Below are positions 38,901 through 53,200 of a stretch of 64,000 nt of DNA, piece after piece; the first letter of the stretch is position 1, and each line of letters opens with the position of its first letter. The notes beneath the pieces were generated by a model. That model searched no databases. It saw only the letters and a program-made list of their open reading frames with translations, and was not told the DNA's origin. The DNA comes from Podarcis pityusensis (taxonomy: Eukaryota). The stretch is from the NCBI GenBank assembly GCA_964106645.2, contig OZ067043.1; one strand, given 5' to 3'. The translations under genes were made by a program, and so were the position numbers.

Positions 38901-41900
38901 TTATCGGGAACGGTTCTTCATTTTCTGCCTCACCTTCTTGCCAGGCCTCTTCTAAAATGAGATACAAGTTGGATGTTATCATTTTACTACCTTAGCTATA
39001 CTGTACAAGGGAAAGGGTGATGGCAGGGAGGGAGAGGGGGAGTTGTGTACCACAATGGGCTGGTTCACATGTAATGGCAAGCCAAGCCTTGTGGGTTGCT
39101 TTTCTGGGTCCAGGCAGGGCAGAGTGACTGAACAGTCCTGCTTGTTGCTCATTCACAGAACACCATGGTTTACTTGTTACTGTGGCTTAATGTGAGGTGT
39201 GAACCAGCTCAGCAAATGCTCTACTAGCAGCCAGATTACAGCAAGGTTTTCCCAGTTGGCAGCTGTTAGCTAATTTTTATTTACGCCAGCAGAAGACACG
39301 CTGATAAATTTTAATCATTTAATTTATGCACTTATAAATTTAATGAATTTATACCCTCCTTACAAAGCTCACTAAAAAAGAAGATAGCAATATATAAAGC
39401 AATGTAAGTAAAACTCAAACACACGCCCTCAATATAATAAACAGCAGCCATAAATAAATACTAAGAGCCCACTCTAAACCATAAGAAATGTAGCCTGATT
39501 AAAATCCCTCCAAATTATATGAATGCATTGGAAATTTATTATAAGCCACTTCTGTTTATGAACACTAAATGTCTAAATAAAAACAATTCATGGTAGGTAC
39601 TCACATTGGCACCCTTTTTCCCTGCTTTCCCAGGACCCTTGTGGTGGGCCACACTAGCACGGAAGTTGGACGTATCATTGTGACTTTCTCGAGTGTTCCA
39701 TTTTGACCCTTTCTTCTTGCCACCAAAACCAAACTTCTGATTCTTGTAGCGTCGTTTGGCACTCGGTCTGAAAGAAAAACAACCAGCTAATTACGGCTGG
39801 GTACTTAGCCATCTCTCTCCCAATAAACTGGCCGGCTCCACAGCAAACATTTTTATCTTTCTCTCCCTGCCCTCAAAAGGAATTATTCCTGATAAATTTT
39901 TATTGGTATTATACATATATACATATGAACTTATACAAAGTCCAATACTTAAATTACACATAATATATTCATTCCATAAATCATAAATACATTAATTTTA
40001 GGCTCTGCCAAGCCTTGAACTTCCTTCCACTCCTTTGGTAAGTATCAAATAGACTTTATATTCACGTATTTTATCTCTTTTGCATAATAACCTTTTACTG
40101 TTAGAGTTATTCCAATCCCACCAGTGTCGTTTAAAGTTTGATCCCAATATATATCCAATATTTAATCCAATTATCATGAAATTTCTGTTCATCTTGATCT
40201 CTTATTCTTCCTGTTATTCTAGCGAGCTCGGCATAGTTTGTTAATTTGATCTGCCAATCATTTATATTAGGTATGGCGTCCGTTTTCCAATTTTGTGCTA
40301 ACATGATTCTTGCGGCTGTTGTGGCATATAAAAATAGTACCTTATCTTCTTTTTTAATTTCTTTACCTGTCATTCCTAGCAGTTGAATTATTCCAACTTC
40401 AGTACTTTATTTTTTTAAGCAGCACCGCATACCCCATCCTGACACTTCACAACCCGCTTCCCACTTTGCCAGACACCTAATGGCAAAGACTACTCATTCA
40501 GCATCAAACAGAAACACTGGAAGCCAGTAGTCAGTTTGCTTTTTCTGTGCACCCAAACAGCAAGAGTTCTAAGGCTGTAGGTCTCAGACAGTTCATTCTT
40601 ACTAGGCTAGTTTAGCTGTAGCGATCAAGCGCTCTGAGGGCATTAGTCTTAGATGTTAGGTATGAAAGAAGTTAAATTTTTATCTTGGGCTCCAATGCTG
40701 TTGGTGTGATGGCAGTGAGATCAACTTGGGATCCAACTGGCCAGCTCAACCCCTCCCCACCTCCAAAACACCATTTTGGAGAATTTCAGTGACTGTCACC
40801 AGCAGGCACCTCACTGACAACACTTGTGCACATGCATTTGCAAATGAAAGGGGCAGTGCCACATCAGTGGAATGACATGCCACTCAGTTGCCATCTGCCA
40901 TCAGCTAGCAGGAGGCTGCTTTAGCTGAGAGAGCTGGGCAGAGGGACACCTTTGGCCAATCCAACCCCATCGCTGCCGCCTCGCTCCCCCTTCAGTGCTC
41001 TGCTAATGGATCGACTTTTGTTATTAGAAGGACTTAGAACTTAAACACGAAACAAAACAAAACTGATCCAATAAAAGACTTATTCATGGTAAAGCAAAAG
41101 AAATGCAAGTTTTAGTAGACATCCCGGCACTTCACAGGCCTTACCCTTTATTTTTATGCTGGCCTCCAGCCCCTGCCTTCTTTCCCTGAGTTGCTGGTGC
41201 TTTTTCACCTTCCAAGAAGTCCAGCTTGTCTGAAAGACCTGAATAAAAGACAGAATAAATGAGCTGCATGCCAAGCCAGAAAAGAAACTCCAGGACAAAC
41301 ACTGCAGGAAGGCTTGCTTTATCACCCAAAGGGGTATATCTATGCACAGGAATATTGTGCAGCATTTAGACCACGGGTAGGCAAACTAAGGTCCAGGGGC
41401 CGGATCCAGCCCAATCGCCTTCTAAACCTGGCCCGCAGATGGTCCGGGAATCAGCATGTTTTTACAGGAGTAGAATGTGTCCTTTTATTTAAAATGCATC
41501 TCTGGGTTATTTGTGGGGCATAGGAATTTGTTCATTTCCCCCCCAAAAAATATAGTCCGGCCCCCCACAAGTTCTGAGGGACAGTGGACCGGCCCCCTGC
41601 CAAAAAAGTTTGCTGGCCCCTGATTTGGGCTCTCAAGTACTAGATTATAATTTCTATATTTTCTATGCAGCAGTGGCTGGAGGTATCAACAAGCTTTCCC
41701 ACAAATCAAGTTCTTGCAACATGGACTACACATAAGCCTTCCTTTAGGTATTCTACTTGCATGCAAAAGCAACACAGGGACAGCAGGGCTCTGAATCATG
41801 CAGGGAGCTTCCACAGCCCAGGAAGCTCTCTGCTTCAGAAGTGTGCTCTCCCAATTTGTGGAGGGACTGTGATGGAGCTGAGCATACTTATCCCCTCTCT

Positions 41901-44900
41901 CATGTTGCTTTTACATGCAAGTGGAATGCCTAAAGCAGGCTACAATTTTCTACTGCTGTAGTACGGGTTGGGGGTGGGAGTAGTGAAGGATAAAGTGGGA
42001 GTGGAGTGCCTCACCTTTCTGGTATTTCTTGATTGCATTCAGCATTGTGGATTTCTCCTTCTGCCTCTTCTGCAGCACCTCAGTTTGGACCTACCAACAA
42101 GAAATAAAAAGTGAGCCTTTCCTTCCACAGTACCTCAGTGCTTCCCAAAATGCTCCCCTTTTTTGCACACAGATGTATCCTTCCGACACCCTAGGAGTCC
42201 TGTTCATGATGTTTCTAGATACGTCTGCCAAAGGATTCCAATGCTGAGATTGTCAATCAAAACAATGGGTGTGTCTTTCCCGCTTCCTCCATTCCAAGGG
42301 GGCTTCTATGTTTTTGACACCATTTTTCTCACCTTTTTGCCGTATTTTCTCAGGGCACGGAGCTGTTTGGCTCTTTCAGACTTTTCCATTGCTTCTTGTT
42401 TACTCTTCAGCTTATGCCGAATCTAATTGAGAGAGAGCAACCGATGTGCTTTTTATGCAATGAAGGCAGCTTCCCTGAATTTGTGATTATGAAAATCTGC
42501 TTGTTTGTGGCAATTATGCTCTTTTTTATTTCAGAAATGAAAACCAAAGCAGCTTAGAGTGTGCTGCACTCCTAAACGTGGATTTTGACAATTGCTTCAA
42601 CTGTTTAGGACTACTCAGACTCTATAACTGTTGGGCAAAAGTTGCAGTCTTTCTCCAGCAAGGTCACACAAGACAAGAAAAAGCATCATGCCAGAAACTC
42701 ATAACCCACCATTATTTGTTGGATACATAATGACCAAAGGGAGAGGTGAGAGCAGATGCACAAATTCACTATTAATACCTCAAAATGCATCCATGGCCTT
42801 AGATGCATCATTTTGTTAATACAGAAAAAAATGACAGTTCTCTAAAGAGCTTGATAAGGATGTATTGCTGCCAAAGAATTGCTACAGAATCCAAGGCTAA
42901 TTCTTTATTCTGAGGCCCAAGACAATATGCAGCAGGGATGGGAACCTCTGACCCCTAGGCCTGGCACAGGTCCCAACTGAGTCTGCAAGACCTGTTTCCC
43001 TAAACTACACATTTGCCCCATACCCAATGTTGTATGTGACAGCATTATGTTCCACACAAAATCAATCTTCATTATAGTCCCTCTTTCTTAAGAGTTCAGT
43101 ACAAACTGAAAATGCCCACAAGCAAGCTTTTTATTAACAAATTTTTAATTAACAATTCATGATCTGTAGCATTATGCACTGAGAAGAACTTTGCTAGAGC
43201 TCTTTTTCTCCATTTGCTGATGCATTACGATGAGGCACCATCAAAATACCAGACCCAATGTGCCACAATTTTGTATATGGCCAGCAACTGTTAACACATC
43301 TATTATAGCAGCCATATGAGAAAAGAAGAGGAACCATGCACCTTACCTTCTGCATCTGCTGATCAGATTTTGCCATCTCTGCAAAATAGTCATCAGGCCG
43401 CCTAGTAGGGATTTTGAACTTATGCAGCCGCGGCAAAGCTTCTAAAACAGATGCTTGTGCTTGACGATAGCTGGGAACACAGGATAATGTATTAAGATGT
43501 TATATGTAAGTAGCCATTGGGCCATTAGTAAATTGTTACTTCTTCCATTGGACAATAAAAAACTTAAACTACTAACATATTGTTCCATTGTGCATATGGC
43601 TGAAAAAAGCTAAAAGCTCAACACACCAGGCTGATAAGAAGCAGCTCTACTTCCTATACACAGACTTACAAGCTCATCTCTCTCTTGAAATCATCCTCGG
43701 GGTCAACATCATCTTTGTCAAGTGTTTGACTAGAAGCTGCATTTGTGGCACTTGTTTCCAAATGAGAGGTAACATCAAGCCTTTCAATCCAGGCCAGGTG
43801 TTTCTGGAATTCAGACAAGCACTGCTTCAATCCATCCTAGAAAAGAGCATATTAATTGTGCATTAAATGCAACCCAAAATCTTCTACATGATAACATGCC
43901 AACCAATGCAGAACTAGGAATCTCTCCTCCCCAAACAGACCATGTCCTGATACTCCCACCCCAAAAAGATGCATTGTCTTCTGCTCTCTATCAAAACAGA
44001 TGCCAGAGGTTTTTGAGCCTCAAACTCCTCCTAGTGCTTCAGTCTTAACAATGATAACACAAACAGAGGCCAATACAGAATTTCCCTTATAAATTTGAAG
44101 GAAACTGAATAGCTTAAGGGGTATTATCAGCCTGCAGAACATGGCACCACTCTTATTTTGATAGAGTGTAGTTAAATAAGTGTCAACTTTTTTTCTTGCC
44201 CCACCTCCAGCATGTCTTGATGGTCCAAATGAGTAAAGCATCAAGTTACCATGTAAGTGGTGGATGATGCCCAATCTAAAAGGTGAGATTCATCAAGCAT
44301 GCAGATAAATAAGCCCAAGCCATTCCAAAAAATGAAAAGGACTGTAGATGCCAGGAATTCAGTTTAAAGGTTTACCGTATTTTTCGCTCTATAACACGCA
44401 TCTGACCATAACACGCACGTAGTTTTTAGAGGAGGAAAACAAGAAAAAAATATTCTAAACAAAACAGTGGATGTATGATTTTTATGGTTCATGCTGTGGC
44501 CACAGACATGTGATCTGATGGTGAGTTTGGGGTAGCCCAATGCAAAAATCCTGAGGATCCATGTGGATCCGTGCTTTGTAACCACGTTTTAAGTGGGGAG
44601 GGAAGGAAAAGCACTCAAGGGACAAGGAGCACGCGTGGAGAAGGAGCTTTTCGGGGAGCTGAGCGGGGAGGAGGGAGGGAAAGAGCACTGTTGCTTTAAA
44701 GGTATACTTAAGGTATTTGCCCTGTGCCTGGGTTTTTTTCCATTTAACAGTTTGCAGCCTTTTCCTTCTGCTCCTTGTTTTGAGGCAGAATAGATTTGAG
44801 CAAGTGAGGAGGACTTGGATTGCAGGGGATTCGCCATTAGCTGTGTAAAAGCGCTCCTCCTTGCAGCCCGAGTGATAAGCAGCCACCAGCAGCAATAGAA

Positions 44901-46469
44901 TGGAGCACAAAAAAGCGATAGGGGCACTAGGACCCAGACAATGCTCGAATCTATCCTGCCTGAAAACAAGCTGCTCTGTCCCAGCCGATCAGCCCCTCTC
45001 CCTCATCCCCAGCCTTTTTTTTTACTTCCTGGTTTTCACTGCGTGGCTCAGAGCTCGAGGTTGGTTTTATTTTGCTGCTGGTTGCTTAAATTTTATCTTT
45101 CCTGCCGTCCCTCTGCAGCCTCATTGCTCTGTTTAGCGAGCGCACGGACCTTTGCTAGCGTCTGTCCCTCCTCCCGTGTAAGCGGCTGCTGCCCGCTTTG
45201 CTGCCATGGCTCTCCTTCCCTCCCTCCTCCCCGGCTCCAGGTCGCTTTAAAGCAAGCAAAGCGAGAGCCTCGTAGACCATCTAAGCGGCTCCCGCTTTGC
45301 TTGACTGACGGCAGCCATGGCTCCGATCCGTGCATTCGCTCCGTAACACGCACAGGCATTTCCCCTTACTTTCTAGGAGCAAAAAAGTGCGTGTTTTGGA
45401 GCGAAAACTACGGTAGTTCAGCAGACGGACTGAACTGAGTGGCTGAACAATTTTATTCTGGCTAAATGGTATACCCATCCAAAAGAAGCTCAATCTGCCC
45501 ACACAAATTAATCCCACAAAGGTCATGATCGTACAGCACTCACCACGTTGTTGAAAGCTTTCGGCTGTCCCTCTAGCACAACATTTAGGCCTGGCTTGAT
45601 TGAACCTTTAGAAAATGCGTCTTGGAGCTATATGGAAGAAAAGTGATAAAATCAGCAGCATCCCAGATTGCTGAAACAGAAGGATGTTAGATCACCCACC
45701 CCAAACCCTTAATAATAGAAACCTTGGAAAAAAGAAACAAAGAACACAGGAGCACAAGTGAGAGGAAACATAAATGAAGCGCTCAAATTGCAAGTGATAA
45801 GACAAAGCAGCTCTCTATCTGCCCTATGTAAGCATGCTTTGCTTTAGATGCTGAACTGACACTGCACTGTGATGTGCTCCTGTGAACAGGCATTGGTGGC
45901 TAGGAGTGTGAGCCGTTAAGATACTAACTCAAATTTCACTCTAGTCATAAACCAACTAGGCAAGCCCCCTCGGCTGCTTACTTACAATATGAACAATAAT
46001 ATAGGGCTATTACTTAAAACACCCAAAAATGTATGTGATGTATGATGAACCCATGAAATGGGTTGTGGAAGCTCCCAGCACAATTCACTATGGAGAGATG
46101 TTCAGTGTTGCCTGGAGTTACACCATCACATGAGCAGCTTTAGCTAACATGGATTAGCCCTGCTGTCCCTGTGTTGCTTCTACATGCAAGTAAAGATATT
46201 TATATAAGGAAATGCCCTATATAATTTTTGATTTTTAAGGTATTGCTATTATATAAATATAGTCCTGTCTACAACCTTTGTAAGAAATGAAGTGTAGCCC
46301 TCCACGGCAGGCTACAGAGAAATGAGCTAAACATCACCAGCCATAACAAATATCCTGCCCACACTCCAGCGCAGCATGATCACAGCACTAAACTTACCTC
46401 TCGGTCAGTGACAAGAGACTCTTCCGAATCCGATGACGAGAAGCCTTCCTCCATCTCTACGTGAGGCAT
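38901..46469 (-). CDS. EBNA1BP2: rRNA-processing protein EBP2, 9 exons, 306 aa
   Basis: Exons 46398-46469, 45544-45627, 43670-43836, 43347-43470, 42333-42422, 42015-42090, 41145-41238, 39605-39767, 38901-38951. Motifs DDFKREMSFYRQAQA, RRPDDYFAEMAKSDQQMQK, KNQKFGFGGKKKGSKWNT, KRPGKKVRQKMK. Confidence 0.96.
39890..40384 (-). mobile_element. L1-clade LINE 3' fragment
   Basis: Peptide FLYATTAARIMLAQNWK..P..NDW resembles the squamate L1 ORF2 C-terminus; AT-rich 3' UTR ending AATAAAAA; direct repeat gaattattcc at 39880-39889 and 40385-40394. Confidence 0.75.
41372..41622. mobile_element. hAT-type MITE
   Basis: High similarity to 13593-13915; flanks atttagac/atttgggc. Confidence 0.8.
44375..45413. 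mobile_element. Tc1/mariner-type non-autonomous element
   Basis: TA-CCGTATTTTTCGCTC...GAGCGAAAACTACGG-TA termini; same TIR type as 14484-14905. Confidence 0.75.
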
Positions 46470-46699
46470 TGCACACTGTGCTTTGGAGTGCCTCGAATCC
46501 ACCGAGCTACACGAAGAACGGGGGGGGGGGGGACACAGAAAGTGCGCTCCACCTTCAATTTCTCCACTGGAGAGATTGGTATTGCTTCCCCGCTTCCCCG
46601 CGGCCAGGCTGGTAAAAGACGGAGAAACGGCATACACTTAAATTCCGGGAATGCTTCACCTGTTGAACTTCCACCTGCCGCCCCAACACATTCCTAACA

Positions 46700-47054
46700 T
46701 TGCATTAAGCCGAACCTGGGGCTTCTTCCCTCCCTAGAAACCGCCTCGCGTTTTATAATCCTGCTCGGAAGGAGCCCCCGCTGTATTCAGTAGCGCTTAC
46801 TCCCACGTAAACCGTACATACGACTATAGACTTGGTCTTACCACGACTCCTCTTCTGGAGGCCCCTTCCACGACTCCAGCCAGACGCTGGTTCAGAAACC
46901 ACGCGGAACGGCACAAAGCTACTTCCGGTTTCCGTGTATTTCCTCTTCCGGTTAGAGTGCCCCACCTCCCCCGCCCGCCCGCTCGCCATGCGACCAGGAC
47001 GCCGTCTCCATAGCAACCAGCCTCGACTTCCTTTTTTCTGCTCTTTTTACCTTA

Positions 47055-47092
<38 letters not shown>

Positions 47093-47285
47093 AGGACCCC
47101 AGAGGGGAGAGAGGTCTGGGTAGTTAGGGAAGAGCAAGACCCGGGACCAGCAAGCAAAACGACTTGGCAGGTCGGGGCCCCATCCCTGGGCGCCTGTTGG
47201 GGAAGGAGCACGACAACCCCACCTGGGAAATCTTCCTGACGCTTCTTTCTCCTTTTCCAGCAAAGTTTGCTGAATCTCTGGCGCC
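46700..47285. promoter_or_regulatory. CpG-island bidirectional promoter, EBNA1BP2 / CFAP57
   Basis: Tandem ETS sites (CTTCCGGT at ~46922 and ~46946), GC box, consensus RFX X-box GTCTCCATAGCAAC (47004-47017). Confidence 0.78.
47057..47091. repeat. (GA)n microsatellite
   Basis: About 17 GA units upstream of the CFAP57 ATG. Confidence 0.95.
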
Positions 47286-50200
47286 ATGTCGGTGATTGTG
47301 GCGCAAGCCCTCCACATCTTTGGCTTCCAGTCCCGGGTAGCAAATAATATTTGCTTCTTCGATGAACAGATCATAGTGTACCCTGCGGGGAATAGCTGTG
47401 TGAAATATCACATTGAGCAGAAATGGCAGAAGTTCATCCCAGGTAAATCAGCTTCCTCCTCTTCCTCCCCCCACCCCGGTCTCCCATGTCTCCTCACTGC
47501 CAAGGCTGAAATTTAGGAAAGGAAGCGGGAAGGTGCAGCTACCCACCTAAAATATCAGTCTTCTAAATAGGCAAGGCCTCGTCTGCATTCCTAGCTGCTG
47601 ACCCTTCCCTTTCAGATTTTAGACATGATACTTGTGCTATTTCTTACTAATAAAGTAGCCACCTGGGTTTAAATAGTTGCAGTGTTAGAGATTCAGGCTC
47701 GGAACCCACATATCACATTAAAGTTGGAAAGCATGGTTGAAGCTGGTAGAAAACTCAGTTTACACTGCCTCATGGTTTCCAAAAAATAATTACAGTATTT
47801 GTTTTTATATGCTTTCACAAGAATGTCGTTTACAGATCTGACACTTGGTTGCAAAGTGGCTTCTGCCCATTGTTATGTTCTGTCTAGATTTAGGTGAAAG
47901 ATAAACATTTTCGCTTCTTGCTTATGCTGTTTTAAAATGCAGCTTCGCATTAGGTGTATATTTTAGAGATGGTTACATTCAAACATTGCTGAACAATTCA
48001 ACTGAGTATCTTTGGAATGTTTTTGTATAAACTGCTTAGTTATTTATTCTATTAAGTGGTATTAAAATGTCATAAATAAACACAACAGATGTTCAGGAAA
48101 CTATGGTTTAGCATCATGTGAATGAACCTGAGTGAGATTGTTAAGCAGAGGTTGAATGGCCACCTGTCATGTGATTCCTGCATTGCAGGGGGTTGGACTA
48201 GATGACCCTTGAGGTTCCTTCCAACTCTATGATTCCATGGGCCTTGCTCTTGCATACTTCTCTCTTCTTTAAGGTGGCTGTGCTGAGAAGATTGGAAGCG
48301 CTAGCTTATGGTACCAGTTACCTGACATTTAATTATTGTTTATTGAAACAAGCCAAGTTTGTAAACCAATGTTTGAAGCTTGGCTTGTTTTAGTAAAGGA
48401 GCAAAGTGACTACAATCCCATCTCTGAGAACCTGCATGGTCACACATTCATGCTAATACATAGATTCAACTATGCTAATACATAGTTTGGCTTAATGTTA
48501 TGTGTGAACTGAGCCAATGTCTCTACAACAAGGAAATTATTGGGATTTCAGTTTCCTAGATTATCATCTCTATAACTGTTTAATCTCAGTAATATGTAGT
48601 TATTTCCTGAAGTCTTTGAAAAAAGTTAAAGCCCACATGGGCAACCTTGATATTGGACTTGGCTCCTGAAAATGTAATGTTCCTACATGAAGCTCACATA
48701 AGCTTTTTCTCTGTGCTTTATAGGCTCAGAAAAGAGCCAAGGGATGCTAGCACTGGCAATTAGTCCAAATCGACGCTATCTGGCTATTTCAGAGATACTG
48801 CAGGATAAACCTACCATCACAATCTATGAACTGTCATCTGTCCCATGCAAGAAGCGGAAGATCTTGAACAGTTTTGATTTTGCGGTCCAAGAATTTATTA
48901 GTGTAGCTTTTTCCCCTGATTCCAAATATCTAGTGGCACAGACAGGACCTCCAGAATCAAACCTTGCCTACTGGATGTGGGAAAAGCAAAGAACAATGGC
49001 AATTATCAAGGTTGATGTCCAGAACAATCCTCTTTATCAGGTAACATAGAAGAGAAGCACCACATGCATCAGTCTAGTACTTGGGTACATGAGGTAATTA
49101 TCGCCACTTGTCATTGCCTCAAAAAGAAAGGCTCTGCCTCCACCATTGGAGACCTCAGTGAGAAAAGTTGCCATATGGAGATAAACTCAGTGTGAAATCT
49201 CAGATCTTCTGTTCACGTTCACACATTTACATATACGTCTGAGACACAGAACTTGCATGATTGAATGGGTATATAAGCATTGCAGCTCCGCAATTATACT
49301 TTTGTCTTTTTCTTGACCCTGGTGGTTAGGGTGTATGGAGTGTTAGGGGAGGGGTAGTACTTCTGGTGGGGAACATATTGTGCTCCTTCTGAGGTAGTTT
49401 GTCTACCTTTGGTCCCCACCCTGTCACCTCTGGCTCCTAGAAGCTGTCAGCATGTGATAGCAGCCACGCCCTGGGAAATGTCTTCAACTGGCTGGCTAAA
49501 CCAGGTGATGGGTCTCAAAAGCTTGGTCAGGTAGGAGCTTCCTCTGTATGTGAAGACAGGTTAGAGCAGATGAGACCAATAGTGGGTCCTACAGTCAAGA
49601 AGGTGTTTTCTGCACATGCTGTAGAGGGAAATGAGGGGCAGGTGGGGTTTGTCAACCTGGGAAAGTAGCCCATCTAGGAGATCTTAAACCTCTGCTGCCT
49701 TTTGGGTGGTATCTTTGGGTGAAGAAAAGGCTAAGGAGTAAACCCTACACAAATCCAGGGTGGAGTCTCTAAGATGGTTGTATGGCACTTTGTGCTTCTC
49801 ATTCTGGCAACTCCTTCAGCCAGGCTGGTGCCAAACGTATTGCTCTGCTTTTCTTTGAACCACATCAGTAAGGCCAAGAAGGGGATCTTGTTTGGGCAGC
49901 CCAGGACCTCCATACACACTGTCCAGGCTTGTGCCCTGGGGAGGTCACTTCGGTGCTGTTAACACAGCAGTTTGACTTCACCCCTGAAGGCGCACTCCAT
50001 TTTCTCTTGTCTCAACAAGTGGTTGAGAATTGTACTGCAGTGTAACATCCTTATTTATTTCACAAACTGTGTGTCCTAAACGTGGCTCCTAGCTAGAGTC
50101 AAGTTTCTTATTTAGGTTGCTTAGGCAGAATTGTGCAGTTACAAAGAAGGGCGGGACAAATTCCCTACTCTACTTCTTGTTTTATCATGGAGGCCTTTTT

Positions 50201-53200
50201 TCTGAAGTATTATGTTTAAATATTTATGATTTTTGTTCCTGTTTGTTTCCTTTATTTTTACACATTTTATATTGTAACACTCTGGTGACCTTTTCTCTTA
50301 ATTTTTTTACTCAATTGTTCATGTTGCTCATCAAGTAATCATTTATTTTATGTTGCTTTCCTTTCCAGGTGAGCTTCAATCCACAGGATAACACCCAAGT
50401 CTGTGTTACAGGATATGGCATTTTTAAGCTATTTAGATACACAGAAGGAACCTTAAAACAGACCAACTTCTTGCGAGGGGAACCTCAAAACTACCTGTCT
50501 CATGCCTGGCTTTCTGAAGAGAAGGTGGTTGTGGGCACTGACACAGGCAAGATCTACTTATTTGACTCCGGTGATCTTCGCTGGGAGACAAGTATTGAGC
50601 GCAAAGAGATAGTCTCTGAAGTAGATAAGGAGGAACCACAGCAGGATTCAGAGAGGTGAGACTGCCTTCAAACTATTGACACTAGAGTGGTCAATGTGCT
50701 CCAGCAGATAATGAGTTTTACTATGATCTACAAATGGTATCATGGTCATGACTGTATTGCCTCTCTGAGAAAAGTTATTGCCTCTGAGGCAGCTCTCAGG
50801 CTTGAAAAGGTTGTCCACCCGTTTTATACACACTTTCCAGAATGTGAGTCCCATTGAACGCAGTGGGACTTAACTTCTGCATAGACATGCACAGGATTGT
50901 ACCGTTTGTCCCACTGTCATATGGGACTAATCATGATCTGCCACACTTGTTGGAGGATGAATAACTGAAATTTATAAGATATTGTTTAAAAGCTTGTGTA
51001 AAGTGCTAATTAAATTTAAGAAGCATGCTTAGGATTGGAGTGTTAGGCTTTGTATACATTACTGGCTTAAAATGCAGCAAGGTCATTGCCCCTCTGCTGC
51101 GTGTTGAATTGCATAGGCATGCCCTTGTATACCTCAGTACTGTTGGATATGTTTCCAAGTCACATGCCGTCTGCCCACATGGGCAGAGGGGGGCATGGTG
51201 CATTCATGGGTGCATTCAATCCAGATTGACACTGGATTGAGGCAAGAAACATGAAAACAGAGTATTTCACAAACAACTACAGGACAGATGTCGATTGTGG
51301 CTAACATTGCATGGACATGGCTTCAGAAACCAGTAGTGAGAGTGCACTGAATGCAGAGTAAATGTGAGTGTGTGCACAGCTTTAGTATCTTCCCTAAACC
51401 CTTCAGCATGCTGACTTCGAAATGTTATACCAAGTTCAATGAGACGTATGGCCTAATATATGTGTACAAAATTTCAAATAGGGGAAACTTTATGTTGATA
51501 CTAGGACTATGTGGTGTCTCTGAAATGAAAAAAACAAGTTTAAAATGAACAACAATCATTTTTTTATGCCTCATGCAACTGACATTTGGAACTTGTTAGA
51601 CTTCTCTGTTTGTTCCTGATTGATTGATTGATGAATTTCTTTTTAAAGCCTTATTGAGTTTCCTGCTCACAATTCCCCTGAGATTTCCACTGAGGTGGTT
51701 TGTGAAACTGAAGCACAGCAGCAAGCATTTCTACCTCGGGTCTCTGCTATTGCTGCATATTCCAAGGGATTTGCTTGTTCAGCTGGTCCCGGGATTGTTC
51801 TACTGTTTGAAAAGTCAGATGAGAAGGAAGGTTACAGAGAAAGCCGAGAGATACGGGTAGGTAAGATGTCTGAGACATGGAATGCTTGATTTATCGCATA
51901 GCTCACCAACAATATAAATGTTGGAGGCAAAAGGAGGAGATTCAGCAGAACTAGAACCCACACTGCGCCAGACACCACTCAACCCCAGCCGCAGGTAGGA
52001 GACAAACACATGATGAGGCATTTGCTGATCCCCAACCAACAGACCCAGCCATATCAATGAGATCCAAGGTGGCTAAATGACAAACCCTACCCTGTGGTGC
52101 ATCACAAGTCTTGCATACAGGAGGTCTCAGGTTCAGGCTTTGGATATGATATTGTGAGGACTGCTGGAGAAAGTCCTCACACACCTACAGGTGCCAAAGC
52201 CAATCAGGGGAAGCACTCACATTCCAGTTGGCTGCTCTCACACACCCAGGTTGCTGTTTGCATCTTGCAGCCACTGTCATCCCACCTTGCTGTACTTGTT
52301 CCCGGCTCTGCTTGTTTAATTGATTGCCAGTCCTGCAGGTTATTGCCGCAGCAGACCTTGTTATTTGCCCACCCTATGCCGTCTGAATTATCATTGTAGC
52401 AGTAGTGAGCTTGTGAGCTGCAAGGAGCCTGCCCCCACCCTTCACTGGAGCTCATAGATGGAAGAGAATGTTGCTGAGTCATAGTAGCAAAAATGGAGTA
52501 CATGGTTCCAGCTAAACAGCCCATTCTCCATCCCCAGCTCCAGCCCCCTCCACCCTACAGAGGGTTCTGACGAGCTAAGAAAGAGCCTTGAATAAGAGAT
52601 TGTGTTGACTGTAGTCTTCATTAGCCCTTATGAATCATGGGGTGGGGACATCCTTGCAGCAGCTGCAGTGATGAGATCATCAGGATGACGCTAGGTGGCA
52701 GCAGTGAGGTTGGGAGAGCTCCATGGTGGAAATACCCTTGTAGGTGTACACCTATCTGCAGGGCCAATGGCACCAACCCAATGCTTCCCCAAACTCACCA
52801 CCACCACTTCATCCTGCTGCTGCTGGGAGGACATCGCTGCCCCACTATTTCTTCTGCTCCACTGCCCAGGCTGATGGTGAGAGCTGTTCAGCAGTGGAAC
52901 AGACCCCCACAAGAGGTCTCCTTCCTTGGGCATTTTTAAGCAGAGGTTGGATGGCCATCTGTCATGGATGCTTTAGCAGAGATTCTTGCATTGCAGGGGG
53001 TTGGACTAGATGACCCTTTGGTCTCTTCCAACTCTAAGATTCTATGATCCCTCAAAACAGAAGGGCTGAAGAGCGTTTGACAATGTAAGGTAGGGGTGGA
53101 TATTATGTTTGGTTCAAAATTTTCTTTTATATCCCCTATTTTACCAGCATAACATTGTGAGCACAGGGTTCAGGATTGGGGTTTGAGGGAATTTAGGTTG

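Noticed and set aside
44482-45526. ORFs up to 165 aa in EBNA1BP2 intron 2
   Set aside because: They lie within a non-autonomous DNA transposon; no transposase motifs seen.
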